Part shown: positions 10,962 through 23,271 of the stretch, in pieces
Position numbering within the stretch: position 1 is the stretch's first letter
Layout: every line of letters begins with the position of its first letter
From: Oikopleura dioica
Taxonomy: Eukaryota > Animalia > Chordata
NCBI GenBank assembly: GCA_907165135.1
Contig: OU015568.1
Span: 11,780,001 to 11,844,000 of the forward strand
Length of the DNA stretch: 64,000 bases
Reading direction: 5' to 3'
Made by a program: the position numbers and the translations under genes
Notes under the pieces: generated by a model
Seen by the model: only the letters and a program-made list of their open reading frames with translations
Told to the model about the DNA's origin: nothing
The model's database searches: none

Positions 10962-13900
10962 ATGACAATCGAAGAAGTGCCAACAGTGAAAATCCGCCGA
11001 GCGCGGAAGGAAATTCAAAACTTTCAAGACAATCTTTCGGAGCTCGAGAAAAAGCGCGAAGAAAAGATCGAAAAATTCAATGCATCCAAAGATCGTCAAT
11101 ACGAACTCGCTTGTCTCCGCGATGAAATTGTTCAAAAACTCGCTGCAGCGGAGAACTCTAATAAGGCAGCATTCTTCCGGCATCAAGGAGAGCTAGAAAA
11201 GGTTGTTGTTGAGATGGAGAGCGCGGAATTGCTCTCGAAGAAACTAAAGGAGGAAATTGAAAATGTCGAGTACGAACTTGAAGTAGCGAAAGTCAATGGA
11301 CATGTTTTTGAAGGGAGGGAGGATGAAGTTTTGGCGTTTGAAAAAGAGGTTGAAATTTATGAAAAAGACCTTGCCAACTACAGGTAGCCATACGAATCCT
11401 CCAGTCAAATTGACTTTTTTAGACTCGCACAAGAAACGCAAATTGCAGAAAATGCATTACGTCAATTGCGACGCAGATTCGAAGAAGAAGCCGCTGATAA
11501 GGCTGAGAAGGAGCGCTATCAAACTGAAATGAACAATCGAGCATCTGTGGCATTCAATAATTTGAAGCCTATCATGCACGAGTCGATTCAGAAGCAGAGA
11601 AAAGCGCAAAAAGACGAAGCTAATGCGAAGAAAGATCGAGAGAACAAAATGAGAGCGAGCGTGAATGAGCTGAAAGATGCGGTAAAGAGAAACACTGACA
11701 ATTATCATGTTATTATGCGCAAGAAAGCTGTCAGGGATAAACGAGAGTTGAAAAGGGACGAAGAAATTGTCCAGGATCTGATGGAAACGAATGATATCAG
11801 CGAAGTGAAAGCGAGGTTCATTCTTGAAAGCGAAAAACGAGACCTCGAATGGGAAAGAAAATTGGAAAAGCAGAAAAGAGAGCGGCAGCTGAAAGAAGAA
11901 GATATTATTATGAAATTGAGACAGGAAGATGCCTTCGTCAAGCGAACTGAAAAAGTACAGCGAACAGAAAGGCTTTTAAAAAGAAGCAGAGAAGATCCGA
12001 ACTTGCTCAAAAAGAAGAATCTTTCGCAACAAGTGAGAAGGGTCCGACAATTGGAAAATTACAGACGTCCATTTTCTGCAGATAGCTTCTCTGGATCTGT
12101 TATGGAAGGTCTCGGAACTTCACGTGACTTCTCAATTGATCAACACTCTAAGAGCTTCGTTGATGAAGAAATTCATCTTTCTGAAGATTTTGCTCCTCTC
12201 TGGGATGGCGTTGCCCCTCACGATGAAGAAAATCTTAACTACAAGCCAACCTCGGCTAAACAGGAAGTCAACTTGACAACCAAAATCGTTGCCGATCCGC
12301 CTGCCATTGAATTCCTTGATTTTGATCTCCAAAAAGAGTACACCATCAGTGTGACTCTTACGAACGCGGCAAATGAAAAAACGCCGATTCGTCTTGTCAG
12401 ATTGAGCGACAATGTGATGGACTTGTGCTCCTGGGATTTCAAAGTGTTGCCTTCAATTTCCCCTGGAATCTCGATCCCTTTCCAGATCTCCTTCTACCCA
12501 CAAATGCTTGAGTCTATCGATGGTTACGCCGAGTTTAAGACCTTATTTGGCATTTTCAAGTTGCCAATAAGAATGCGGCCACCAAAGTATGATCCAAAAA
12601 TCTCCCTCAAATCAGTTAACTTTGGGAACGTTATCATCGGGGAATCCATGCAGACTGAAATAGAAATTGAGAATCTGGGCGCTAAAGATGGCTCGATTTA
12701 TGTTGACTCGAGCAATCTACCGAATGAGTTCGAAATCAGTCCTAAAAGCGAAAATATGAAAGTTGGACCGAAGGAAATCATCAAATTGAAACTGAAGTGG
12801 AATCCGCAAACTGTTGGTCATTTTAATTTCCCTCTTTTTATCAGCACGGATGAAAACGAACAAAAAAAGGTCGACGTCTCCGGTTATGCTTCTCTCCTCC
12901 CCGTCAGTCTTTCAGACGACTCGCTTGATTTCAAAGTCTGCTCTCATGGATTTCTTTATCAAAATCAATTCAGTATTCTCAATTCCTCCAATGTCTCTCA
13001 GCCCTTCTCTTTAAACATCCCTCAAAATCTCCAATCGGGAATAACGATTTCACCACAAACAGGTTCTGTGCAAGCGTACTCTTCTTCCAAGATCCATTTA
13101 AAATTCACTCCATCAGCTGATTGCAACTTCGATCACTTCTTAGACGAAGATACCAATGTTTTCGAATTCCCCGTTGAAGTTTCCTTCCAAAATTTTCAAA
13201 AACCTCTCACGACCACTCTTTATGCAATCATCAACGATCCATCTCTTGAAATTATTGAAGAGTCCCTTGACTTTGGTAATACAACGATATTTGAATCAAC
13301 TGTCCACCGCGTGAAAATCACGAGTCGGTCGCTTCTTGTCGAGGAGTTTGGCTTCTCTGAGCTGCCGAATTTTGTTTCTGTCCGGCCCGGTCATGGATTT
13401 GCCTCGCTTGCTCCTGGAAAATCGATGGAAATTGAGATTTTGTTCTCTCCAATGCAAGCTAGCAAGTATGAGTTCACAATCATGCTCGAAACGCTTAAAG
13501 GATTCAAGCACCGTTTCAAATGCAAGGGTGTCGGGGTCAAACCGCCTCTTGAAATCTCAAATCAGCACTTAAAACTCTCCACGCCTCTCTTCAGCGTCAA
13601 CAGAGCTACCTTCACACTGACTAACACGCATACAAGCAGAGATGAATACTCTCGTCCTGTTGCTCGCATCGGAAATGGGAAGATCTTTCCTGTGACCAGC
13701 ACGTCTTTTAGCTTCATGCCTCCTGAAGACTCTAACCTTCACTTTTCTCCATCTGTAGGGGTTTTGAAACCCGGTGAATCTGTGCTTGTGACTGTTACTC
13801 ATGAACCTTTCATACCCGAAGAAATTATTTACGAAAAAGCAAGAACGTTTCCTCCACCGGAAGTTCAAGCATCTCCAGAGCCCCCACAGACGGCGAAGAA

Positions 13901-15495
13901 ATCCGTAAAAGGTTCAAGAGTCCCTTCAAAAACGCCTTCGAGAATTTCATCGCGTCGTGAATCTCGGCAAAGCTCTCATAGCAACTCTGGATCTCGTGTT
14001 TCTAGCGCTTCCACCCTTCCACCGCCTCCCGTAGAGAAGAACGACACCCGATACTGTCAAGCTAAAAGTATTTTGTCGGAGAATTTCGGTGAAAGGCGAG
14101 ATAGATTCTCGATTGCCTGCTTTATTTCGGCGGAGGATGTATCGAAAGGACGCAGCTGGAAGAATCCGTCCTTTGATTCGGGCTATTGTCTGTTTATTGA
14201 TGCGGAGCTGGAAATTACGCGCCCAGCGCTAGTGCTAGAGAACGGCATGGATGTGATTAACATGGGCGCCAGACCAGTTGGAACGACAGAGAAACAGTAT
14301 TTTTATTTGAGAAACAGGTCAGTCTAGAGTAAGAGATATCAGTTATTTTACCAATGTTATTCAAGGTCAAACTCCTATCTTGAAATAACGACTACTCCTC
14401 TCAACCCTTCTGGTCCATTTATCCTCGCGAATCCAGTCCCAAATAAGCTCGGCCCAGGCGATCGCGCCCGAATTCTTATTAAATTCAACCCAGCAAATGC
14501 TCAAATTTATCACGACTACCTCTACCTGAATTACTCAAAGCTTGATGGAATCAATTGCCCTCAACGCATCGAGCTGCTCGGCAGAGGGCAGAAAATCGAC
14601 GCCTATGTTGAACAATTGCAGCCACAAAATGAGATGCCGGTTGTTTTGCTCGGAGGAGAGAGCTTTTTGGAGACGGAGATAAAAAATCCGAGCGGTTTCC
14701 CCGTTTCATTCAGGTGAGCTTTCAATTTCAAATGGCAAGTTTCATCGTCTTTCTCAGGATAACACCCTCAAATGACAACTCAATCGATCATAATCGAAAT
14801 CGCAACGGGAAAGCCGTATTTGATATTACCCCAGCTTCTGGAATCCTTTCTACGCAGGAAAACCTTGATCTCAAAATAAGCTTTCGCCCTGACCACGCTG
14901 GGCATTTTACGGAAGTGTTTACTCTGCAATTTTGCGAGACTGAAGAATCGACGCGGGTTTATCGGGTTCATGGCTATTGCTCGCCTAATGATGTTATGAT
15001 TCAACAAGTTGACGACTTTGACATTGTATTCTCGGACAGAGAACAGAAACAAGCTGGCTCTGGATTTACGAAGTAAGATTAAGCTTTTAAGTAGCTCTTT
15101 ATTCTGTAATTAGCCCTGATAAATACAGAGAAGTGATCGACCATGGACCAATTATGATTCAAACACGATTAAATGACCTCTCAAGGATCCAAAGACCTGA
15201 ATACAGAACTTCATTCCTCATAAAAATTCTGACACCATCTCCCAGCAGGTCATCCAGCAAAGCTTCAAAAGAGAAGAAAAAGGAGAAGCCTTCAAAAAGT
15301 GGCCCTAGTTCGTTCGAAATCATTCTTCCCGACGATTTTGAAGCGCAGGTATTCCCAGGATTAGCAGGCGCTCTAGAAGTCGACGCGACGAAGTTCGAAA
15401 TTCTTTTGAAGTCAAAGCCAAGTGCTCTTCCTATTCAGCTAACTGTGAACACTTCCCAAACTGTTAAATATCAGATTTTTCTTCAAAGCGACTGA
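10962..15495 (+). CDS. CFAP74: Cilia- and flagella-associated protein 74-like (coiled coil plus ASH/Ig-like repeats)
   Basis: Long N-terminal coiled coil, then PPAIEFLDFDLQKEYTISVTLTN…SISPGISIPFQISFYPQM, further ASH-like repeats and LNPSGPFILANP. ORFs 10962, 11466, 14714 and 15133 join through short GT-AG introns. Confidence 0.8.
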
Positions 15496-15865
15496 CCTTT
15501 CTTGTTCAATTATTCTACTGACCTACTACTTTTCTGTTTATATTTTTCTTTTCTATTTACTTTTTTTATTTTGATAAATCTTTATTAAAAATTATTATCT
15601 TCAGACAGACGAAAAAACCTCAGGGGATTTTTCTCTGGAGGTACTTCGGTCATATGCTTCTAGGAGCAAAACTTAGAAAAGGTAAATAAATAGAGTATCT
15701 TCCTGGTGATTTGCTCTAGAACGCGCTTCTATTTGCGAAGGGGCTAATCAGGCAAGAATATGTTTCCAGTTTCTAAGAAATGTCTTCGGGAGTTTACAGT
15801 TAACTGTATTTTTCAGCAAACGAACTTTGGCTGAAGCTGGCAATCGCAATCGCGCGCCAACTTCG

Positions 15866-18800
15866 ATGACAGAGAATGAAAATCTCGTATTTAACCCTCT
15901 CCCAAATTCGGATTGCTTCAAGAAGAAAGTGCTCAAATTTGGGGAGGGCAGCGATGACGAATTCGGAATTTACTCTTATCGGAAGCATGCGCTACGCACA
16001 TACTTATGCTACTTTCTTATATTCATAACAGGTGGCTTGGCATGGTTCTTTTTTCACTGGAATTCGGACTGGTGGATCATTCTCACGGCGGAGCTGGTCC
16101 CATTTCAAAACGCAGACATTGTGCTGGTCAAAGAATCCACAACGGGCAAAACATGGATCGAGAAAATGGAAATCTGGCAGTGGGACATTGTTAAATCTCA
16201 CATTTCTCATATCATTTTTGGCTCTCGCTTCTCGTCCCCAAGCTGCCAGGAGATCAAGCACAACCAGGACTTCATCTGTACGTTTGTTCATAAGAAACAG
16301 CGTTTTGCAATCATGGAAGAGAAGATTTATGCTATTAGTGGGCTATCTGGTGTCGAGTCTAAAAGTTTGACTAATTTCACCATCAAGGTAATTTTCTAAC
16401 CATGTCTTATTTTTAACCTGCTCACAGGATTTTGAAACGCTAAAAGACCGCCAGGATGTTTTCGGCAAAAACATAATCGACGTAGAAGTGCCAAGCTACC
16501 CAAAGATCTTCCTCGATGAAATTATTTCGCCTTTCTATGTGTTTCAAATCTGCTCCGTCATCTTGTGGATGGCCGATGAATACTACTACTACGCGATTTC
16601 GATTATCATCATCACCATTGTTTCGGCTTGCTCGACCATGTTGACTATTCGCAAGGAAAGGGAAAACTTGCGGAAAATGGTTGATCGTAATAACCATTGT
16701 ATTGTTGAATGTAAGCGCGATGGAATTTGGACGAAGCTTGAGAGTCAGAACATAGTTCCTGGAGATGTTATTCTAGTTCCTCCAGGAGGGACGTTTATCC
16801 CAGCTGATTGTGTTATTCTTACCGGAAGCGCAATTGTCAATGAAGGCATGCTAACGGGCGAGAGTATCCCAGTCCAAAAAAGTCCTATCAAAACATCTGA
16901 TGCGCTCTATCGCCCAGAAAGCTTCAAAATGTCTACTCTCTTTGCTGGAACCGAAGTTCTCCAGACTCGATCGCAAAATGGCGAGTGTACGGCGCTGGTC
17001 GCTCGTACTGGCTACGAGACAGCAAAGGGTCAGCTCGTCCAGTCAATTTTATTCCCGAAAGATGTGAATCATAAGTTGACATCCGACGCTGCGCAATTTT
17101 TGATGATTCTTGCTGGGACAGCTTCTATTGGATTTATTTATGCAGTTGTCCTTCAATATTATAATTGTGTCCACACGAGGCTCATTATTACCAAATCGCT
17201 TGATATCATCACCATCGTCGTTCCTCCAGCGTTACCCGCCGCGTTGAGTGTTGGTTTGGTCTGGGCTGTTCGAAGAATCAAGAAAATCAACATCTTCACG
17301 ATCTCTCCGGCAAGAATAAATTTAGCCGGTCAAATTAACATTTGTCTCTTTGACAAAACCGGCACGTTGACAGAAGATGGATTGACTTTCAAGGGCTACG
17401 ATCAGCTTACTGATGAAGCGACAGGAATTTCGAACGAGAGAAAAGAAGACTCGGATATTTTAACACAGTGTCTTGCCGTGTGCCACTCACTAACGCGGAT
17501 AAATAACGAGATCGCAGGTGATCCACTTGAGTTGGAGATGTTTGGCCACACGAAATGGGAGCTCCATGAACCAGAGTGCGGCGAGACCGAGAATTTCGAC
17601 AACCTAGAAGCGAGTTATGTTCAATCGCCCGACGGCAATCACAGAATTCTACAACTCCGGTTAGTTTGTTATATTTTTCACTATAAGAACTGTTTATAGA
17701 CAATTTCCCTTCACATCAGAAGATAGCCGACAGTCGGTGGTTGTCGAGTGCGTTTGCCAAAATGGACAAAAATCCCTGAAAACTTTCATAAAAGGCGCTC
17801 CAGAGAGAATCGAAAAATTATGTCTGTCCGATTCAGTTCCTCAATCGTTCAAGACCGCTCTGGATAGATACAGTCAAAAGGGATTTCGCGTGATTGCTCT
17901 GGCGGCGAAGGATTTAACGATGAAAAAATTCAAGGTCCAGCGAGCAAAGAGAGACGACCTCGAGCAAGATGCCAAGTTTATCGGGCTTATTGTTTTTCAA
18001 AACAAGGTGAAGTCCGTTTCTGCGGATATTATTGAAGAGTTGGAAGAGGCAAAGATCAAGAGCGTCATGGTCACAGGAGACAATATTCTGACGTCTATCG
18101 CTGTGAGCTTTGAGTGTGGAATTCTGAATAAATCAGAGAAGGTCATTATCGGTGAACTGTCAAAGGAAAACGTCATGTGGCGTGAAGTCAACAATTCAAC
18201 GAGCTATGAGAGCTTCCCTATCTCGAAACTAGTCGAAAACGACAAGGATTCATTTCAAGTCGCGATGACTGGTGATGTTTTCGACTGGCTTGTTCTCAAT
18301 CAACCGACGTTGCTAGACTCGATACTGGTAAAGGGAAGAGTTTTCGCCCGGATGAGTCCAGAGAATAAGGCCTTGCTGGTTGATTATTTTGAACAAATGG
18401 AATACATAGCTTGTTTCTGTGGTGATGGGGCGAATGATTGTGGCGCTTTGAAGAGAGCAAGTGTGGGAATATCACTCTCTGAGTTAGAGGCATCTGTCGC
18501 GGCGCCTTTTACTGCAAAATGTGGCGATGTCAGGTAATAAATTTAATTAATGATAATATTTTAACTCTACTACTGTAGTTGTGTGTCCAATCTCATCAGA
18601 GAAGGTCGGGCTGCGCTAATGACATCATTCGGAATGTTCAAATACATGGCACTGTACTCGATGATCCAATTTTGCTCAATTTTAATCCTCTACTGGCGGA
18701 AGACGAATCTGAGCGACTGGCAATATCTTTACATTGACCTTATAATTATCGACATTGTCGCGCTGACAATGTCCCTCAGTCCAGCCTATAAACGTATCGC

Positions 18801-19775
18801 CGAAACCCCACCGCCAAGAGCTCTCGTTACCGGTAATTTGAGAGCACTCCCTAGATTTTAATCGATATTTTTAGCACCGACAATCTTCAGTCTTTTTGTC
18901 CACGTCTTTACATGCGTGCTTTTCCAAGTCATCGTTTATCTGTATACGATCAATAAGCCTTGGTTTTGCTCAATTTCGGACAATTTCCCACCTTGCTTTA
19001 GTGGAAATAACGCTACTATTCCACTTCCAAATAATGGAACTATCTCAAGTACTTGAAAATATAGCAAAACTCGCACTCTACGAATATTTAAGTTCATCCG
19101 ATTATTGGAACCTGCTCGCAAGAAGAGCAAGATGACGAGTACTACCCTGAACATTACGCCACTGTATCCCTTTTTCTTTTCAGCCAATTCCAGTACGTTC
19201 ATATGGCCTTTGTATTTTCTGTAGGAAAGCCTTATCGCCAGGTGATTTATTCGATTCCCTATTGAAATTTTATTTTTATTTAGCCAATTTGGAGGAACAT
19301 TGTATTCATTTGCGCTCTTCTCACTCTGACCTTGACCTCGATTTTTATCGTCTTTACTGATTTACCGTTTGTGACCGACCTATTTGAACTGAAGAAAGAA
19401 GACCCACCCCTTCAACCTTTACCGTATCCGTGGAAAATTGAAGAAGGATGGGATCAGGATCCAATAAGAATTTGGTAAGTTTTGAAAAATGTGTGACAAT
19501 CTTTTGACAAGTGTGAAAGAGAGTTCTCCTTCTGGGTCGAGAGTGACTGTATTGATTATTTATAATTAACATCTCTGTCAAGGATTCTCTGCCTGGCAAT
19601 TGTCAATTGGCTCGTCTCGTGGGCGCTCGAGGACTACGTCGTGCAAAATCGACGAATTTGGAAGTCACTTGCAACGCTCCAGAAAGAACGCCACAAGCAC
19701 AAGAGATTCATGATCGTTGAGAAGGAAATTTTTAATAATGAGAGCTGGCCACCGAAAGAACTAATTAAAGCTTAA
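15866..19775 (+). CDS. P5B-type ATPase (ATP13A2/3/4/5 family, polyamine transporter-like)
   Basis: Contains PFYVFQ, VNEGMLTGESIPV, the P5B motif IVVPPALP, the phosphorylation site DKTGTLT, MVTGDN, FARMSPENK and CFCGDGANDCGALK. Ends SWPPKELIKA*. Confidence 0.95.
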
Positions 19776-19874
19776 TATCTTCAACAAGAAAATCTGTACT
19801 TCTAAGAACAAAAACCAACTGCTCTCTTCCATGATTTCAATTCAGAGAAAATAATGACATGAAAATATAAAAAC

Positions 19875-20531
19875 ATGAGCGATAATTTGGACTTGCTTGA
19901 TCGGATTATGGGCGATAGCAAAAAGTTTTTGATGTCGCCCCCGCCCGTTGACCCAGTTGCTGAAAAACTAGGTCAGAAAATTTAACTTTCTTCAAATTAA
20001 AAACGAGTTAAAGCCGATATTCTTTCTTCAATGGAAAAAGCTTCGCAAGAGAACATAAAGAAATTGAATTCTGTTGAGGTAAAAGATCCATCTCAATCGC
20101 CATTAAAATATTTTCCCAAGCATGAAGATTGTCTGATGATGACGGAATTTACATCCAACTCTTTGATAAATTACACTTCGCCAGTTTCCCCTGTCAAAGT
20201 TGCCCAGACAAAGCGGCTGAAAAAGTTGCGAGACTCGTCAGATTCTGAAGATTTATTGATTCTCAGGTGAACCAAGTTCATTCAAGAGACGATCATAAAA
20301 TGAAACCAAGGCAAGAATTGCAAGCAGAACAACTCAAGTCTAAAAGTCTTCAAGAAGAGCTTCAAAAATCGCTGAAAAGAGAGCAGCTTTTACGATCCCA
20401 ATGCGAGGATCTATTTCAGGTTGGCATTTCTAAAATTGGCCAATTTAAATTAACCCCTTCAGGCGCTCGAACGAAATAAATTGCGCGAAGTCGGCAACTC
20501 GGCAAAGTTGATGGACGTCAAACCGTTTTAA
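19875..20531 (+). CDS. Hypothetical protein with C-terminal coiled coil
   Basis: Four exons joinable by short GT-AG introns (ORFs 20031-20270 and 20267-20479). QELQAEQLKSKSLQEELQKSLKREQLL is heptad-like. Confidence 0.5.
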
Positions 20532-20734
20532 CCTCACTGTATCTTACCTACAATTTAATTTAACTTTAATTACTGAGCTTTCATCTTTGCTACACTCCCC
20601 CACTGAATGCGAAATTGTACTTTTATCTGTCCGCTGATTAATTTCTTCTTTCAATGTTGCCATTCCAAAAATTCCAAAAAAATACGATCTTCATAAAAAC
20701 TGAAACGATCCTGTAAATAAATGATTCAAGAGTG

Positions 20735-21761
20735 ATGCCGAGTTTGACTGACGAGCAGTATGAGCAAAAGCATAACATCAATGATCTTTTTGACTTCTTG
20801 AAGTCGGCTGTAATGAAGAAAAAGCCCCAGAACCCGGAGCAATATGTGATCAATTTGCTAAAGAGGAGAGCGAAGATGATCGCAGGGGAGAGACCTCCAA
20901 GCAGTTTGGTTCAGACTGAGAGGCCTTCAACTAGTTCAGGTATGAACTTATTATTGTATTGAGTTTCCATCCAATTTTTAGGCAGCCGCCCTCGCAACTA
21001 CGACCGTCCCTGGATGTCACAAAGCATGACTTTCGATCGAAAACCCACCCAAGTCGGTCGACCGGACAATAACCTCGATTTGGGGATCCAATCTCGTAAG
21101 GCGACCTTCCAAAACGCTATGAAATCCGCAGATACCGCGAAGATTGATACGGAAGTCAAGAAAATCTCTCAAACTGCATCAAAGAAGATCATCACGCAGG
21201 GTAAACGCCAAGTGCGGGAGGAGTCGGAAGAAATCAAACTCGACATTAGAATTGCTCAGCCAAGCGCGCCAAAGCCAAAAGTTGATGTCAAAGCGCAGGT
21301 AGAAAGTAGTCGCTCCAAGAAAAATGCTCCCACCGGAAAACCAACAACTACGGTTGCTGCAAACCCTCTGAACAAAGTCACGAAGCAAGTAACAATCAAT
21401 CAAGCCCATGAAGTGCCGACGCCGAACGAGGTCGCCATCGCGGAAAATCCCTACGATCTTCAAATGGAAGGCGTCAAAGTGACCGAAACCGAGCTTAAGC
21501 GTCACGCTGGGATGAACAAGCCAAACCCGACGCAGAACTATCCTCCAGTGAGAGCTCCATCAGCTCGGCATTCGAAAACTCAGTCTGACATCGACTTAGA
21601 GAACTTTTTATCGACTCAACAGAAATGTAAGAATGCTTTTTTCCTTATAATTTTAAAACTCGATCTCAGATGCATCTCCCGCAATGAGCCAACGATCCGA
21701 ATTCTCGCAATTTTCCATCTCGAACTTGGAGACGAAAGAGTGGAAGTTCGCCTTGAACTAG
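20735..21761 (+). CDS. Protein with an N-terminal RIIa/DPY30-type docking-dimerisation domain and disordered tail
   Basis: YEQKHNINDLFDFLKSAVMKKKPQNPEQYVINLL fits the D/D helix pattern. Two GT-AG introns (near 20940 and 21627) give an open frame to the TAG at 21759-21761. Confidence 0.55.
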
Positions 21762-21933
21762 ACCTGTCTCTTCAGAATTCATGCGTGTTTTATTCAATCA
21801 TTCCTACTGTAAAAACATACACCAAAGTGGCCTATTTCTTTTCGTGATTCTATCTTTTCTATTGATTCTATTTTCTTAGTAAAATTTCTTTTTATAACAA
21901 AATACATTTGAATATTCAGATTATAGTGTTATT

Positions 21934-23015
21934 TTATTGATTTACAGGCAAGGCATTTTTGATCGCTCTCAGAAATGCGGCAGGTTTGAATGGCAGGCAA
22001 TCGGCTAGCTTTTCGACCTTGGAGTATAAATTTTCCGCCCATGCGATGAAATCATCCTCTTCTATGTTTGCACTTATCTTTCTCAGCAGATCAGCGGTCT
22101 TGAAAAGCTTGAGCAAAAGCGAGAGGGCTTTGAAACTCTCTTCTTCAACGAGCATGTTAAAGAAAATCTCATCGTCGAAGTTCAAATAATCCAAGACAAT
22201 CGCAAAGCTCGGCAGTCGATAAGTTTCATCGCAGGACAGCAAGAATTCAAGCAGAAAATTGTCGTCAGACGTGAGTATTTTGGAGAATTTGAAGTCGTTG
22301 TTTTGTATTAACCAGTCCATGAGCTTTGGTACGCAAGGGTCTTTTTGATACTGGTAACATCTGATAAAAGCTTTTTGTGGATGAAAATAGGCGTGTAAAA
22401 CTTCAAGGCTTGAACTTGTTATCAGCCCGTAAATTTGGTCGATCAGCAGCTGGCATTTACGGATTAACAATTAGCCGTATTTTCATACTTCCCTAAAAGT
22501 GCGCCAGAAATGCGAAATTCGTCGAAAGAGCTCAATTCTGATGAGATTTCGTTTTCTTTCCAATTGTCTTCGATCTCTGTTTTTATGAATCTGATAATTA
22601 TTTCGCTCTGCGTGAAGACTTTTTGCGCAAGAACATTCAACTCTGAGCAAGGCTTGTTGTCTCTGCTGAGATTTTGACAGGGCATGGTTCTATGAACGAC
22701 TTGAAGCCACCACCAAAGAAGATCTTTATTGTTTTCATTCATTTCTAACGTGGATAAGGATAGGGCTTCCTCTTCTAAAGAGATATTGTCGTTGTCTACC
22801 CAGGAAATGAGAAGTTGAAATCCCATCTTCTGCAGATTGGCATCAGCTGCATTTTTAATCGCATTTATTAAATCTTTAATGATCAATAATATTTGCATAC
22901 GCATCGATTTACTAAAATTTATGATAGATCTCATTCCTGTTACATTTTTCTGACGATTAGAGACCGGAATCGAGAATGATTGAAGAATTAACTCGTCAGG
23001 ATTTTCATAGAGCAT
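21934..23015 (-). CDS. Lines (LINS1)-like protein
   Basis: SDDNFLLEFLL, LDYLNFDDEIFFNMLVEEESF and terminal LPFKPAAFLRAIK resemble my recollection of Lines N/C domain motifs. The junction near 22464-22490 is ambiguous. Confidence 0.4.
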
Positions 23016-23271
23016 TTTTATCGTTTGGTTTTCTAAATGATTGTTGATTTAGCGACATGGTCATTCAGCTGAGTCAAACTTTTTTTCAGAATTTGGGTGT
23101 CGTTATTTTCAACCCTCGGGGTCGTCCTGGAGGGAAAGTTCTCTCAAATTAGAAATAAAATCGAATCTGCCACGCGTGTTCATTGGCCCTCTCAACTGGA
23201 AAGCCCTGGGAGCCTCTCTCAAGAGTTTTGATTCTTGAAAACATCTCCTGCTTCTGTGATAAAAGAGCAAC

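Noticed and set aside
22400-22490. GG-AG intron in the Lines-like gene
   Set aside because: An ~80-bp GT-AG alternative is equally in frame, so it cannot be decided from sequence.
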